A DNA stretch of 63,814 bases, the filler included, from Octopus bimaculoides (Eukaryota), in NCBI RefSeq assembly GCF_001194135.2. It is 6 parts of 6 records of this genome, joined end to end, with 100 filler letters (N's around TTAATTAATTAA, not from the genome) between each part and the next. Parts side by side here need not be neighbours in the genome. Positions count along the whole stretch, not along the records: positions 38,278 to 54,928 come from NC_069003.1; positions 55,029 to 57,590 come from NC_069005.1; positions 57,691 to 60,017 come from NW_026429927.1; positions 60,118 to 63,814 come from NC_068984.1; 2 more parts are not named here. One strand, given 5' to 3'. A program made the position numbers and the translations under genes. Below the pieces are notes generated by a model, which was given only the letters and a program-made list of their open reading frames with translations, made no database searches and was not told the origin of the DNA. Below, one piece after another: positions 52,130 through 63,242 of the stretch (its first letter is position 1; the number at the start of each line of letters is the position of its first letter).

Positions 52130-52864
52130 GTATGAAGTGGTGCTTGTAATTGACTGTGGGAGTCATCTTGGACTGAGAATAAGGAGAACATGAGTTGAGT
52201 TGATCTTCCAGTGTCCACAGTTGGATTAGAACCCATTGAAGAATATAACACTATACCTAAAATAAATAAATATTTAAATAATATCTAAATACTGCAATAA
52301 AGAAATAGATTTATTACGTAAATCTTCTAGATACACTAGGATTATCTATATAATAACCCCCGCTCCTATTGCGAACGTCCTTGATTCTAGGTCTCTTCAG
52401 TATTGTTTGACTTGGGGTTAAACAAGAACAACTGCAACAACAACAACAACATACAGTTCTTAGATTCTTTTTTTTTTTTTAAGTTGTTCGACCTCAGTTT
52501 GGTTCATAAAGGAACTAATTAAAAACATACTGAGATCTTTTTTTTTGTGTTTCACAGCTTGTTTCTCCATAAAATATTTTGGCTGTTGGCAGTCGACCGA
52601 AAATGTAAAAAAAAGACAAAAAGCTGTAACCACCTACGTTATTTGACATTTAGAAATTAAACGAATGCTTCTGCTTTTCCTGAAGATTTTTTCTTATGGA
52701 AAATATTTTTAAAAAAGTGTAAGCATTTATATTTCAAAGTAATATGGTTTTCTGATTGGAGCACAAGGCCAGAAATTTTTGAGGGGAGAGAGAATAAGTC
52801 GATACCATTGACGCCCAGCATTTGACCAGAGTGGTCATTCTTGCCTGTAGTACTTAGTGCTTTG

Positions 52865-53140
52865 CACCAGTGAGGCTGGAGTTTTGTGTCTGTGTCGCGA
52901 CTGGTTTGTGCCGAGTTTGTGGCGTTAGCGGTTCGTATTTGTGGAGCTTGTAGTTTATGTGTCTAGCCCCACAGCTTGTAACTCTCACGCTGCTCGATCC
53001 TAGATCTGGTGCTGGTGGCTTGCATTTGTGACGCTGGCAATTTGTATTTGTTGCGCTGATGGTTTGTGTCCATGGCAATGATGGTTTGATCCCTGGAGCT
53101 GCTGGTTCGTATCTCTGGCTCTTGTGTTATCAGTGTGTGC
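52865..53140. repeat. Degenerate minisatellite, units about 21-22 nt
   Basis: Minus-strand units resembling CACAAATACAAACCACCAGCGC recur about ten times. Confidence 0.55.
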
Positions 53141-53515
53141 TCGCCTAAATTAGTGCATCTCCTCTACCATCTTTGGATTCCTGGTGGAATTCTTTCAAGA
53201 AGACATTATTAACAGCAGTTGTCAAGTTTGACATTGCCGAAAATTTCGCTTGTTATATTTTGTCTTTTACAGGTTGACCCAGGTCAGGTCATACCTAGCA
53301 AAACAAACCGAGTACCAAAAATATTCCAGTCGGGAGCATCTTGTGTTCTTTGTTTTCGACTACATGGCATTCTTGACAAGGTTATTCAATATATAAATGT
53401 TTTCGTAACTTCAAACAGTAGCATATACATTTTGTATATCTTACTTAACGTAGATATACTGTAAGAAATCCACAATACTGCTGTGTTCGTCTTGAGTAAA
53501 CATCTCCTAAAGACG

Positions 53516-53733
53516 TACGAGGGGTGCTAGAAAGTTTCTGGCGTTGGGTAAAAGAAAATGCAGGAGGATTAGTTAATTATGATTTTATTCAACATATTCC
53601 CCCTAACATTAACGTACTGATTGCAGCGGTCCTTCAGTTCTTCAAACCCTTGTAAAAGAACTCGGAAGGTTAGGCCTCCAACCAGGCCTTTCGTGACACC
53701 CTTTAAGCCAAGAATTTTTCAGCACCCCTCGTA
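53516..53733. mobile_element. Tc1/mariner MITE with TA target duplication
   Basis: TA-CGAGGGGTGCTAGAAAGTTT ... AATTTTTCAGCACCCCTCG-TA. Confidence 0.9.
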
Positions 53734-54012
53734 AAGCAGTAAAATGTACAGAAGTACTTCTATGCGTTTTCAAATTATATATCTATACGAGATGCTTTCT
53801 CAAAACTAATATCGCAGTATTATGGCTTCCAATATTATATCTACGTCAAGTAAGATATACAAAATGCTATTCTAAACTAATACAGCTTTCATCGCTAATA
53901 ATGAATATTTACCCAGCCTGCCGGCTATTTGCAATACCAGCAGTTTGTTAACCACTGTTTTTCTATTTCAGTAGAAACTAAATTTGTCTAAGGATGCGGT
54001 TGCTAGAGAATG

Positions 54013-54055
54013 CTTGCTACTGATGACGCTCAAACAAGCAGAAATGTAGATTTAG
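54013..54055 (+). ncRNA. Degenerate hammerhead-like motif
   Basis: CTGATGA-C-GCT-CAAACA-AGC-A-GAAA-TGTA; same stem II geometry as 39414, but stem I does not pair. Confidence 0.4.
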
Positions 54056-54928
54056 TCATTTCACCTCCACTGCTGGACGCTTTTCGTCTGCTACTGATAT
54101 ACCTCTGTGCTTTTTAGCACTTAGCATCCACACGAGATGCTTTCTCGCGATAAATACTGCAGTTTTATCATTTTCTACAGCATATTCAAAATGCTATTCT
54201 GAATCGATATTGCTTCTGTTGTTAATAACGAAAAGTAAGATAGAGGAACTTGACAGAGATTTGGTTGTTATTTCTAGCATGGTAAACAAACGCGCAGATT
54301 CGCTTCTGCTAACAGACGCTCTGAGGTGTAATCGAATAAGCAGTCGCTCGCTAAACACGGATTAAGTTTGAAAATCTACAAGAAAGATAAAAATGATACC
54401 GAAGCGTCATCTTCAAGATTTTACTGTCGACTAGAGAAAAGATAAAAGTGAAGAGACTCTGTAATGATAAATAAATAATTCGTCTTATTTTGACAGAAGG
54501 CCAGCAAAGCAGAATGCCGCAAAGCATTTTGTTCGACGCGCTGACGATTTTATTAGCTCGCCTACTAAATAATAGTAATAAGACTTTTTTCTACAATAGG
54601 TACAGGGTCTGAATCCATGGGGGAGGGGACTAGTCGATCATATTGTCTCCACTGCTGAATTCGTTATTATTTTATCGAGCTCGACAGAATGAAATGCAAA
54701 GTCGTCCTCGGAGGAATTTGAACACGGAAACGACAAAAAAAAAAATTGAAGACATGTAATGAGACCAAAAGGCGCTGAAAGACTGAATCGGTACACCATC
54801 GGATTGAAGACATTTTAGTGGTCGTTCAGGTTGTTTGTGTCCTCGGTTCAAACCATGCCGGTCTCAAATTAGTTAGCCTCATTTTGGGCCCGACAAAAGA
54901 AAATAGCAGCTGGAGCTTATCTTTTCCA

Positions 54929-55028
54929 NNNNNNNNNNNNNNNNNNNNNNNNNNNNNNNNNNNNNNNNNNNNTTAATTAATTAANNNNNNNNNNNNNNNN
55001 NNNNNNNNNNNNNNNNNNNNNNNNNNNN
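54929..55028. other. Artificial scaffold spacer
   Basis: 44N-TTAATTAATTAA-44N. Confidence 0.97.
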
Positions 55029-55299
55029 AACAATAATCTCTGCTTATTTAATTCGCGTTGCTACTAAATAAGGCGTTTTGTGATTTCGTCGTCAGCAAAA
55101 AGTTTTATATCTAATTCGGTCTTTTATCGATGCATTTGGCGAGGTTTCCGGATGAAACGCTCAGCAGCAAACAAAGAACCAGACAGACAGATATAGAGAG
55201 ACAAAGAGAGATAGGGAGAGACAGAGAGAGGAGTGAGAGAGAAACCATGATTGACAAATTAATTCTAAAACACCGTCTACGATCATAAATGAGTTATTA

Positions 55300-55912
55300 A
55301 GTAAGTTATTTGTATGAATGTCATTGTTCAGTTTTATTCCATAGTTTCTTGCTAATAGAGAAAGAACCGGTTTCTAACCTAGATCCAAAATTCAGTGGAA
55401 TTTCAATATCAACATAAGGGTATTTTTGTTTGTATGTATGTATGTGCAGATTTTTTTTGTTTTATGTATGTATTCTCATGCATATAGTCACATATCTAGA
55501 CATGCTCATATATATTTTTATGATAAACTTCTGGAAAGTTTTACAGAGTTTTACAGTTCCAGTAATGGATTGGGTCTGTAGTCTTCGAATTAGCTTTCTC
55601 CTTTCTGGTTTTGAGAAGCCTAATTACTCAAGATTGATATTTAGGCAGTATGTTACATATCTCAGTGTCTCAATAATTACAGGTATAAACCTGAACTTGT
55701 AATCTAGATAGAGTAACTGCAGGTTTTTGAATAGCTTAGTATAGGTGTTTTCTTTTTCACTGATCTTCAGCTTTATATTAACATCCGATGGGCAGCTAAT
55801 TTCCACAACTGTGCACAATTTCTCTTCTCTATCTCAATTCCTTATATCAGATCTGTTGTGTTTACATTTTATTGAGGTCTTCACCTGTACTCCTTTTCAG
55901 TAGTAAGTATAT
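55300..55912 (-). mobile_element. R4/Dong-like LINE 3' fragment (RLE domain plus 3' UTR)
   Basis: KCKHNRSDI..DREEKLCTVVEISCPSDVNIKLKISEKENTY..YKFRFIPVII..LGFSKPERRKLIRRLQ..ITGTVKLCKTFQKF. Confidence 0.85.
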
Positions 55913-55956
55913 GTGCCTATTGTAGAAAGGATTATTATTATTGTTATTATTATTAA

Positions 55957-56007
<51 letters not shown>

Positions 56008-56605
56008 CTCTTCTTTCTTTTTTTCTTTTATTTGTTTTATTTATTTTTGGCGAAATACTTTTTTCGCTTTGTTTACTTATTTTATCTCATCTACAACGTT
56101 TTAACTTTTAATTTTCANNNNNNNNNNNNNNNNNNNNNNNNNNNNNNNNNNNNNNNNNNNNNNNNNNNNNNNNNNNNNNNNNNNNNNNNNNNNNNNNNNN
56201 NNNNNNNNNNNNNNNNNNNNNNNNNNNNNNNNNNNNNNNNNNNNNNNNNNNNNNNNNNNNNNNNNNNNNNNNNNNNNNNNNNNNNNNNNNNNNNNNNNNN
56301 NNNNNNNNNNNNNNNNNNNNNNNNNNNNNNNNNNNNNNNNNNNNNNNNNNNNNNNNNNNNNNNNNNNNNNNNNNNNNNNNNNNNNNNNNNNNNNNNNNNN
56401 NNNNNNNNNNNNNNNNNNNNNNNNNNNNNNNNNNNNNNNNNNNNNNNNNNNNNNNNNNNNNNNNNNNNNNNNNNNNNNNNNNNNNNNNNNNNNNNNNNNN
56501 NNNNNNNNNNNNNNNNNNNNNNNNNNNNNNNNNNNNNNNNNNNNNNNNNNNNNNNNNNNNNNNNNNNNNNNNNNTATATATATATATATATATATATATT
56601 CGCAG

Positions 56606-56765
56606 TTGTTCCACGTCGTCGTTGCTGGACAAGAATGTTGGGTTCATCTCCAACGGAACCATGGCGTTGCTGAGAGGTCTGGAAGCTTTCCGATTGGCTG
56701 GCTCTGAAGAGGCTACACTCACGTTCGAATGCCTGTTGGATATCTGCCCCACACCTTGTGACGGA
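56606..56765 (+). CDS. Internal exon of a ZP (zona pellucida) domain protein, C-terminal part of ZP-C
   Basis: CGCAG acceptor, GTGAGT donor; CSTSSLLDKNVGFISNGTMALLRGLEAFRLAGSEEATLTFECLLDICPTPCDG fits the ZP-C GC...AFRF...FxCxVxxC pattern. Confidence 0.85.
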
Positions 56766-57067
56766 GTGAGTAGCAGTCCTACTTGCATTTCTTCTTGTTG
56801 TTGCTGTCCTTCACTGTTATCGTATTTTTGTTCGCATTTAATTATTTGTTTGTTTACTTGTTTGTTTGTTACTTTGTTACTTTGTTTTCAATTGTTGGTG
56901 TGGGGCCTGAATGGAGCACTGTCAGCAAAGGTTTCTATTGGCCGATTATATCGACCCATGTACTTTTAATAGGTCTTACCTTATAAGTAGAGAGAGAGTG
57001 GGAGATACATACATATCTGTATACATACACACAAACACACAAACACACATACATACATCCACACATA

Positions 57068-57095
57068 CAGATAGACAGATAGCTAGCTAGCTAGC

Positions 57096-57168
<73 letters not shown>
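57068..57168. repeat. (CTAG)n/(GATA)n microsatellite within the ZP gene intron
   Basis: Directly visible. Confidence 0.95.
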
Positions 57169-57169
<1 letters not shown>

Positions 57170-57266
57170 TTATGTATGTTTGTTAAAAGAGAGAGACGGG
57201 GACAGGATAAAGGAAGAGACTTCCCCTGAAACTAATTAATTTGTTTATTACTAATTAATATTTCAG

Positions 57267-57387
57267 TTCAACTGCCGTCCACCTCCAAGAATTAAAAGAC
57301 AAATCCACCGGATGAATCCTCACGAAAATGAAGCCAGAGTGATCGGTTCTTGGCCAGTAAAGGTTGTCGACAAAAAACCAAAAACAG
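57267..57387 (+). CDS. Next exon of the ZP-domain protein: furin-type site and hydrophobic patch
   Basis: TTTCAG acceptor, GTTCGT donor, phase 0 matches the previous exon; FNCRPPPRIKRQIHRMNPHENEARVIGSWPVKVVDKKPKT. Confidence 0.8.
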
Positions 57388-57459
57388 GTTCGTTGTTGGT
57401 ACCTCTTATATGATCTTTACCAGTTTGTCACTCTCTGCCTCTCTCTCCTTATCTGTCAG

Positions 57460-57503
<44 letters not shown>

Positions 57504-57590
57504 GCTCTCTCTCCTTCTCCCTCTATCTCTCTCTCTCTATCTCTCTCTCTCTCTCTCTTTCTCTCCTTCTCCCTCTCTATCTCTCTCTCT

Positions 57591-57690
57591 NNNNNNNNNN
57601 NNNNNNNNNNNNNNNNNNNNNNNNNNNNNNNNNNTTAATTAATTAANNNNNNNNNNNNNNNNNNNNNNNNNNNNNNNNNNNNNNNNNNNN
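57591..57690. other. Artificial scaffold spacer
   Basis: 44N-TTAATTAATTAA-44N. Confidence 0.97.
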
Positions 57691-58100
57691 CAGAGACGTT
57701 GGCACGCCGGACGAAATGCTCACATTCTGAGTTCGAATTCCGCCGAGATCGACTTTTCCTTTCATTCTTTCGGGGGTCGATAAATAAATACCAGCCGCCT
57801 ACTGGGATCGATATAATCGACTGGCCTCCTCCCACCAAAATTTCGGACCTAGAGTAGAAAAGATTATATGCGTGCACAAAAGGCGGCAATCTGGCAGAGA
57901 CGTCGTTAGCACGTCGGGCGAAATCCTTAGCGGTATTTCGCCTGTCTTTTTGTTCAGAGTTCAAATTCCGCCGAGGTCGACTTTACCTTTCATCCTTTTG
58001 GAGCTCGATAAATTGAGTACCAGCCGCGTACTGGGTCGATCTAATCGACTGGACCCCTCCCCCAAAATTTCGCGCCTTGTGCCTAGAGTAGAAAAGATTA
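57691..58100 (+). mobile_element. Two tandem SINE family 1 copies
   Basis: Both end CCTAGAGTAGAAAAGATTATAT and retain CpGs (relatively young). Confidence 0.88.
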
Positions 58101-58314
58101 TATACGTGCACACGCGCACGCATATACGCAAAGAAGCAAAAAAAAGAGAGAAAAAGAAGAAAGGTTGTTATCGTGGTATTGAAAACATATAGACACATAT
58201 TTCAATGTCGAATCAACATCAGACAGAAAAATTGGTCCAAAATACTCGAGACATAGCAGACACGTATCGGTCATTTTCTATAGGGTTTGAGTCTCTGTGT
58301 GTACGAACTCATGC

Positions 58315-58492
58315 GGAGGCATAGCTGTGGGGGTAAGAAGCTTGCTTCCCAATCTTCGTTATTCCAGGTTCAATCCCATTGCGTCGCACCTTGGTCAAGT
58401 GTCTTCTACTATAGCCTCGGGTTGACCGAAGCCTTGTGAGTGAATCTGGTGGGCAGAATTTGAAAGAAACCCGTCGCATATGTATGTGCATG

Positions 58493-58535
<43 letters not shown>

Positions 58536-58683
58536 TAAGAAGCTTCCTTCACAACCACATGGTGACAGGGTAGAGTCCCACTGCGTGGCACCTTGGGCAA
58601 ATATCTTCTACTATAGACTCGGGCCGACCAGAGCCTTGTGAGTGGAATTGTTGGACGGAAACTGAAAGAAGCCTGTCGTATAT
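58315..58683 (+). mobile_element. Two tandem 5' halves of SINE family 2 separated by (TG)n
   Basis: GGTAAGAAGCTT(G/C)CTTC...GGAAACTGAAAGAA twice. Confidence 0.82.
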
Positions 58684-59739
58684 NNNNNNNNNNNNNNNNN
58701 NNNNNNNNNNNNNNNNNNNNNNNNNNNNNNNNNNNNNNNNNNNNNNNNNNNNNNNNNNNNNNNNNNNNNNNNNNNNNNNNNNNNNNNNNNNNNNNNNNNN
58801 NNNNNNNNNNNNNNNNNNNNNNNNNNNNNNNNNNNNNNNNNNNNNNNNNNNNNNNNNNNNNNNNNNNNNNNNNNNNNNNNNNNNNNNNNNNNNNNNNNNN
58901 NNNNNNNNNNNNNNNNNNNNNNNNNNNNNNNNNNNNNNNNNNNNNNNNNNNNNNNNNNNNNNNNNNNNNNNNNNNNNNNNNNNNNNNNNNNNNNNNNNNN
59001 NNNNNNNNNNNNNNNNNNNNNNNNNNNNNNNNNNNNNNNNNNNNNNNNNNNNNNNNNNNNNNNNNNNNNNNNNNNNNNNNNNNNNNNNNNNNNNNNNNNN
59101 NNNNNNNNNNNNNNNNNNNNNNNNNNNNNNNNNNNNNNNNNNNNNNNNNNNNNNNNNNNNNNNNNNNNNNNNNNNNNNNNNNNNNNNNNNNNNNNNNNNN
59201 NNNNNNNNNNNNNNNNNNNNNNNNNNNNNNNNNNNNNNNNNNNNNNNNNNNNNNNNNNNNNNNNNNNNNNNNNNNNNNNNNNNNNNNNNNNNNNNNNNNN
59301 NNNNNNNNNNNNNNNNNNNNNNNNNNNNNNNNNNNNNNNNNNNNNNNNNNNNNNNNNNNNNNNNNNNNNNNNNNNNNNNNNNNNNNNNNNNNNNNNNNNN
59401 NNNNNNNNNNNNNNNNNNNNNNNNNNNNNNNNNNNNNNNNNNNNNNNNNNNNNNNNNNNNNNNNNNNNNNNNNNNNNNNNNATATAAACACATTCACATA
59501 CAAAAGTATATATACACTCGCATACGCTCTGCCCTTTATACACAATACTTCAATAATATTTTAGTATTTTTCAACGAGATGTCTTGAGGTGTGTCTTGAA
59601 AATTATTCTACAAACAAACATACATACGCACGCACGCCCGTACATACACAACAAAATATATACACACAGCAAATATATATATATATATATATATACGCAT
59701 ACATATACGGGCATAAACACGTCTCGATTTTACGCGATG

Positions 59740-59777
<38 letters not shown>

Positions 59778-60017
59778 TGTATATACCATGTATGTGTGCA
59801 GTGTGTAAATTGCAAAATACGCTTGTACAGGTCACAAGATTTCAGTCGCCATTCATGTCACGGTGACCCAGACAGCTTGATATTGCGGTCGATATTGAAC
59901 AGTATATGATCGTACATCAACTAATGCCACTCTAAACTCCATACTCTGTCTGTCTGCTGGTGTATGTGTGTGTGTGTGCGTGTGTGTGTATGTGTGTGTG
60001 TGTATGTGTGTGTGCGT

Positions 60018-60117
60018 NNNNNNNNNNNNNNNNNNNNNNNNNNNNNNNNNNNNNNNNNNNNTTAATTAATTAANNNNNNNNNNNNNNNNNNNNNNNNNNN
60101 NNNNNNNNNNNNNNNNN
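60018..60117. other. Artificial scaffold spacer
   Basis: 44N-TTAATTAATTAA-44N. Confidence 0.97.
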
Positions 60118-60388
60118 GTAGTGTTTCTAGCTCTTTGTCGTTTTTTGCATATAATTTTAGGTCATCCATATATAGAAGGTGGCTGACTGTTTTTCCATAG
60201 CATTTGTAACCGCATCCAGTTCTATTTAGCAAATCTGTTAAAGGTGTGAGTGCCAGGCAGAACAGGAGTGGAGAGAGCGTATCTCCCTGGAATATTCCTC
60301 TTCTAATGGGGATGGCTTTCGTTTTCACAAGTCCCTCTTTTGTTTGGAGCTGTAGCACTGTCTGCCATTTGTTCATTGAGTGCTCTAT
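60118..60388 (-). mobile_element. R4/Dong-like LINE RT core fragment with open frame (YMDD)
   Basis: IRRGIFQGDTLSPLLFCLALTPL..SHLLYMDDLKLYAK; 5' truncated against (TAA)n and cut by the spacer. Confidence 0.92.
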
Positions 60389-60405
60389 GTTATTATTATT
60401 ATTAT

Positions 60406-62275
60406 AAGGCGGTGAGCTGGCAGAATTGCAGAATTGTTAGTACACTGGGTGAAATGCTTAGTGGCATTTCGTCTGTCGCTGTGTTCTGAGTTCAAATTTC
60501 ACCAAGGTCAACTTTACCCCAGCCTTGTGCCTATAGTAGAAAGGATTATTATTATTAAGGTGGTGGACTGGCAGAATCATTAGTGCACCTGGCAAAATGC
60601 TTAGCAGCATTTCATCTGTCTTTACATTCTGAATTCAAATTCTGCTGAGGTCATCTTTGCTTTTCATCCTTTTGGAGTCAGTAAAAATAAGTACCAGTTG
60701 AGCCCTTTCTTGATCATTAAACAAGTACCAGTTATGCACTGTAGTTGATGTAATTGACTTAAAACCTCCCCCGAAATTGTTGGCTTTGTGCCAAATTTTG
60801 AAACCATTATCATCATCATCATAATTCTTAGCACATTCAACAAAATGCTTAGCAGTATTTTACCTGTCTTTACATTCTGGGTTCAAATTCCACTGAGCTT
60901 GACTTCAATCTTTTTAGGGTTGATATAATAAGTTCCAGTTGAGCATTTGGGTTGATGTGATCAACTTGCCCCCACCCACCCACTCACCCCCAAAAAGTTG
61001 TTGGCTGTGTGTCAAAGTTTGAAACCATTATTATTATTAGACAATACGAAGAGTGTCTATTTACCTTCATGAAGAGTTATATCAATCCTTTTAAAATAGT
61101 AGTAGTAGTAGTAGTAGTAGTAGTTGAAGTGTTAGCATGCTGAACAAAATGTTTTTAGCAATATTTCTTCTGTCTTTACATTTTGAGTTCAAATTCCATT
61201 GAGGTCAGCTTCACCTTTCATCCTTTCAGGGTTGATAAAATACATACCAGTCAAGCACTGGGGTCAATATAATGGACTAACCCCGTCTCCTAAAAAATTT
61301 CAGGTCATGTGCCTGAAAGGATTATTATTGAAGGAAGTGTATTGACTGAATCATTATAGTGTTGGACAAAATACCTTGCAGTATTCAGTTAAGAAACTGA
61401 GCACTGGACAATTTTGCCTTTTGTAATAAAATAGACAAGTGCAGGAGTTGATGGTGTTGATTTGCCCCTCCCCTCAAATTTGTGGCCCTGTGCCTAAATG
61501 AAGGTGACAAGCTGACAGAATAGTTAGCACACTAAGCAAAATTATTAGCAGCAGTTTGCCCATCTTTACATTGTGAGTTCAAATCCCACCAAGGTCAACT
61601 TTCATTCATTCAGTATTGATAAAATAAACACCTGTCAAGTATAGGATCAATGTAATCAACATCTCCCTCCCCACAAAAACTGCTAGCCCTCTGCCAAAAT
61701 TTGAAAATAAATTAAGTACCTGTTGTGTACTGGGATTGATGTAATTGACTATCCCCCTCCCCCAAATTTCAGGCCTTAATAGAAAGGATTATTATTATTA
61801 TTATTATTATATCAAGGTGGCAAGCTGGCAGAATTGTTAGCACACCAGGCAAAATGCTTAGCGACATTTCGCTTGTCCTTACATTCTGAGTTCTGAGTTC
61901 AAATTCCACTGAAGTCGACTTTGCCTTTCATCCTTTTGGGGTTGATAAATTAAGTAACACTGGGGTTGATGTAAATAACTAGTCCCCTCCTCCAAAATTT
62001 CAAGCCTTGTACTTTTAGTAGAAAGGATCATCATTATTATTGTTGTTAGTATGGCAATTGATTGTCAGAATCATTGAAATGTTGGTTAAAAAATGTCTTG
62101 TGGTTTTTCTAGCTTTTCACATTCTGAATTTAAATCCTGTCATGGTCATCTTTAACTTTCATTCCTCAAGGGTTGATAAAATAAACTACCAGTCAAGTAT
62201 TGTGATTGATATAATTAACTAACCCCTCCCCTCAAAATGTGTGGTATTGGGTCTGAGTAAGAAATCAATATTAGT
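60406..62275 (+). mobile_element. Head-to-tail array of about eight SINE family 1 copies
   Basis: Heads near 60406, 60557, 60825, 61125, 61330, 61501, 61814, 62050; most separated by (TTA)/(TCA)/(TAG) tracts. Confidence 0.85.
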
Positions 62276-62368
62276 TGTAATATTTAGTCATGTCACTTGA
62301 CATTCTTAGTACACATCACACAGATCTTTGCCTTTCATTTCTCAGAGATTAATACAATAATGTACCAG

Positions 62369-62746
62369 CCAGGCCAGATGTATGGACCTATATGGGATGT
62401 GGCACAGGGGACCCTTAAACTCTGAGAAGCCTAAAGGTTGGAGTTAGAAATTAAAAAGTATATTTACTGCCATCAAATAAATAATTTGTAATTTTTTTTT
62501 TTTACTTTAAGATTTTTAAAAATTCTTTTACAATTATTGAGCCCTCTTTTTATTGTGCCCTTTTAGATTTTAAAAGCCATTAAATTTAACTTGAGTCCCT
62601 CTGCATCTGCCCTTAAAGTTTTGCAACTTCTTGAAACCCTAGATTTAATGGGACCTCAGTTTGTCTTCTGTTTTAATTTAGCAGAATCATAGAGATCCCA
62701 AAATCCAATTGGACCAAGGGTTCCACTAGCTATAAATCCAGCCCTG
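62369..62746. mobile_element. hAT-like MITE nested in a SINE, 8-bp TSD
   Basis: CAGGCCAGATGTAT ... ATAAATCCAGCCCTG; TGTACCAG (62361-62368) and AGTACCAG (62747-62754). Confidence 0.65.
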
Positions 62747-63196
62747 AGTACCAGTCATGTACTAGGGTTTTTATAAGCAAGTGTACCCTCTTCTAAAATG
62801 TGTGACTTTGTGTATATGTTAGAAATAATTCTTACCAACTTAGAGGAAATAGGAGTGTATTTTCTGCAGGAGGTCTTACTGTTAATACTGAATTTCTCAT
62901 GAATTGTTTGTTAATTGTTAGTATTTGAATCACATGACCTTCCAAAAATAGCAAATATATCAAGTTCATATGTCACATTTTACCTCAAAAAACAGGAAGA
63001 ACAAAATCTATGGAATAATGTAAGGAAATCTTTGATTGTGTATGATAGATTGGACTAAAAACAACCAACAATATTAGTAAACTAGATAGAACTCTTGAAA
63101 ATAAATCTACTTCAGCAACTATGTTGAAATCGGCTTCCTCTCTCTCTCTCTATCTCTCTCTCTCTCTCTCCCTCTCTCTCTCTCTCNNNNNNNNNN

Positions 63197-63242
<46 letters not shown>

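Noticed and set aside
52365-52410. CTGAAGA-GACCT/AGGAC hammerhead-like remnant (minus strand)
   Set aside because: GAAA is missing and stem I does not pair.
1828-59564. Long ORFs spanning N runs (e.g. 1828-2673, 11377-12561, 43044-44135, 58409-59545)
   Set aside because: Length comes only from N codons; the real residues are microsatellite translations.
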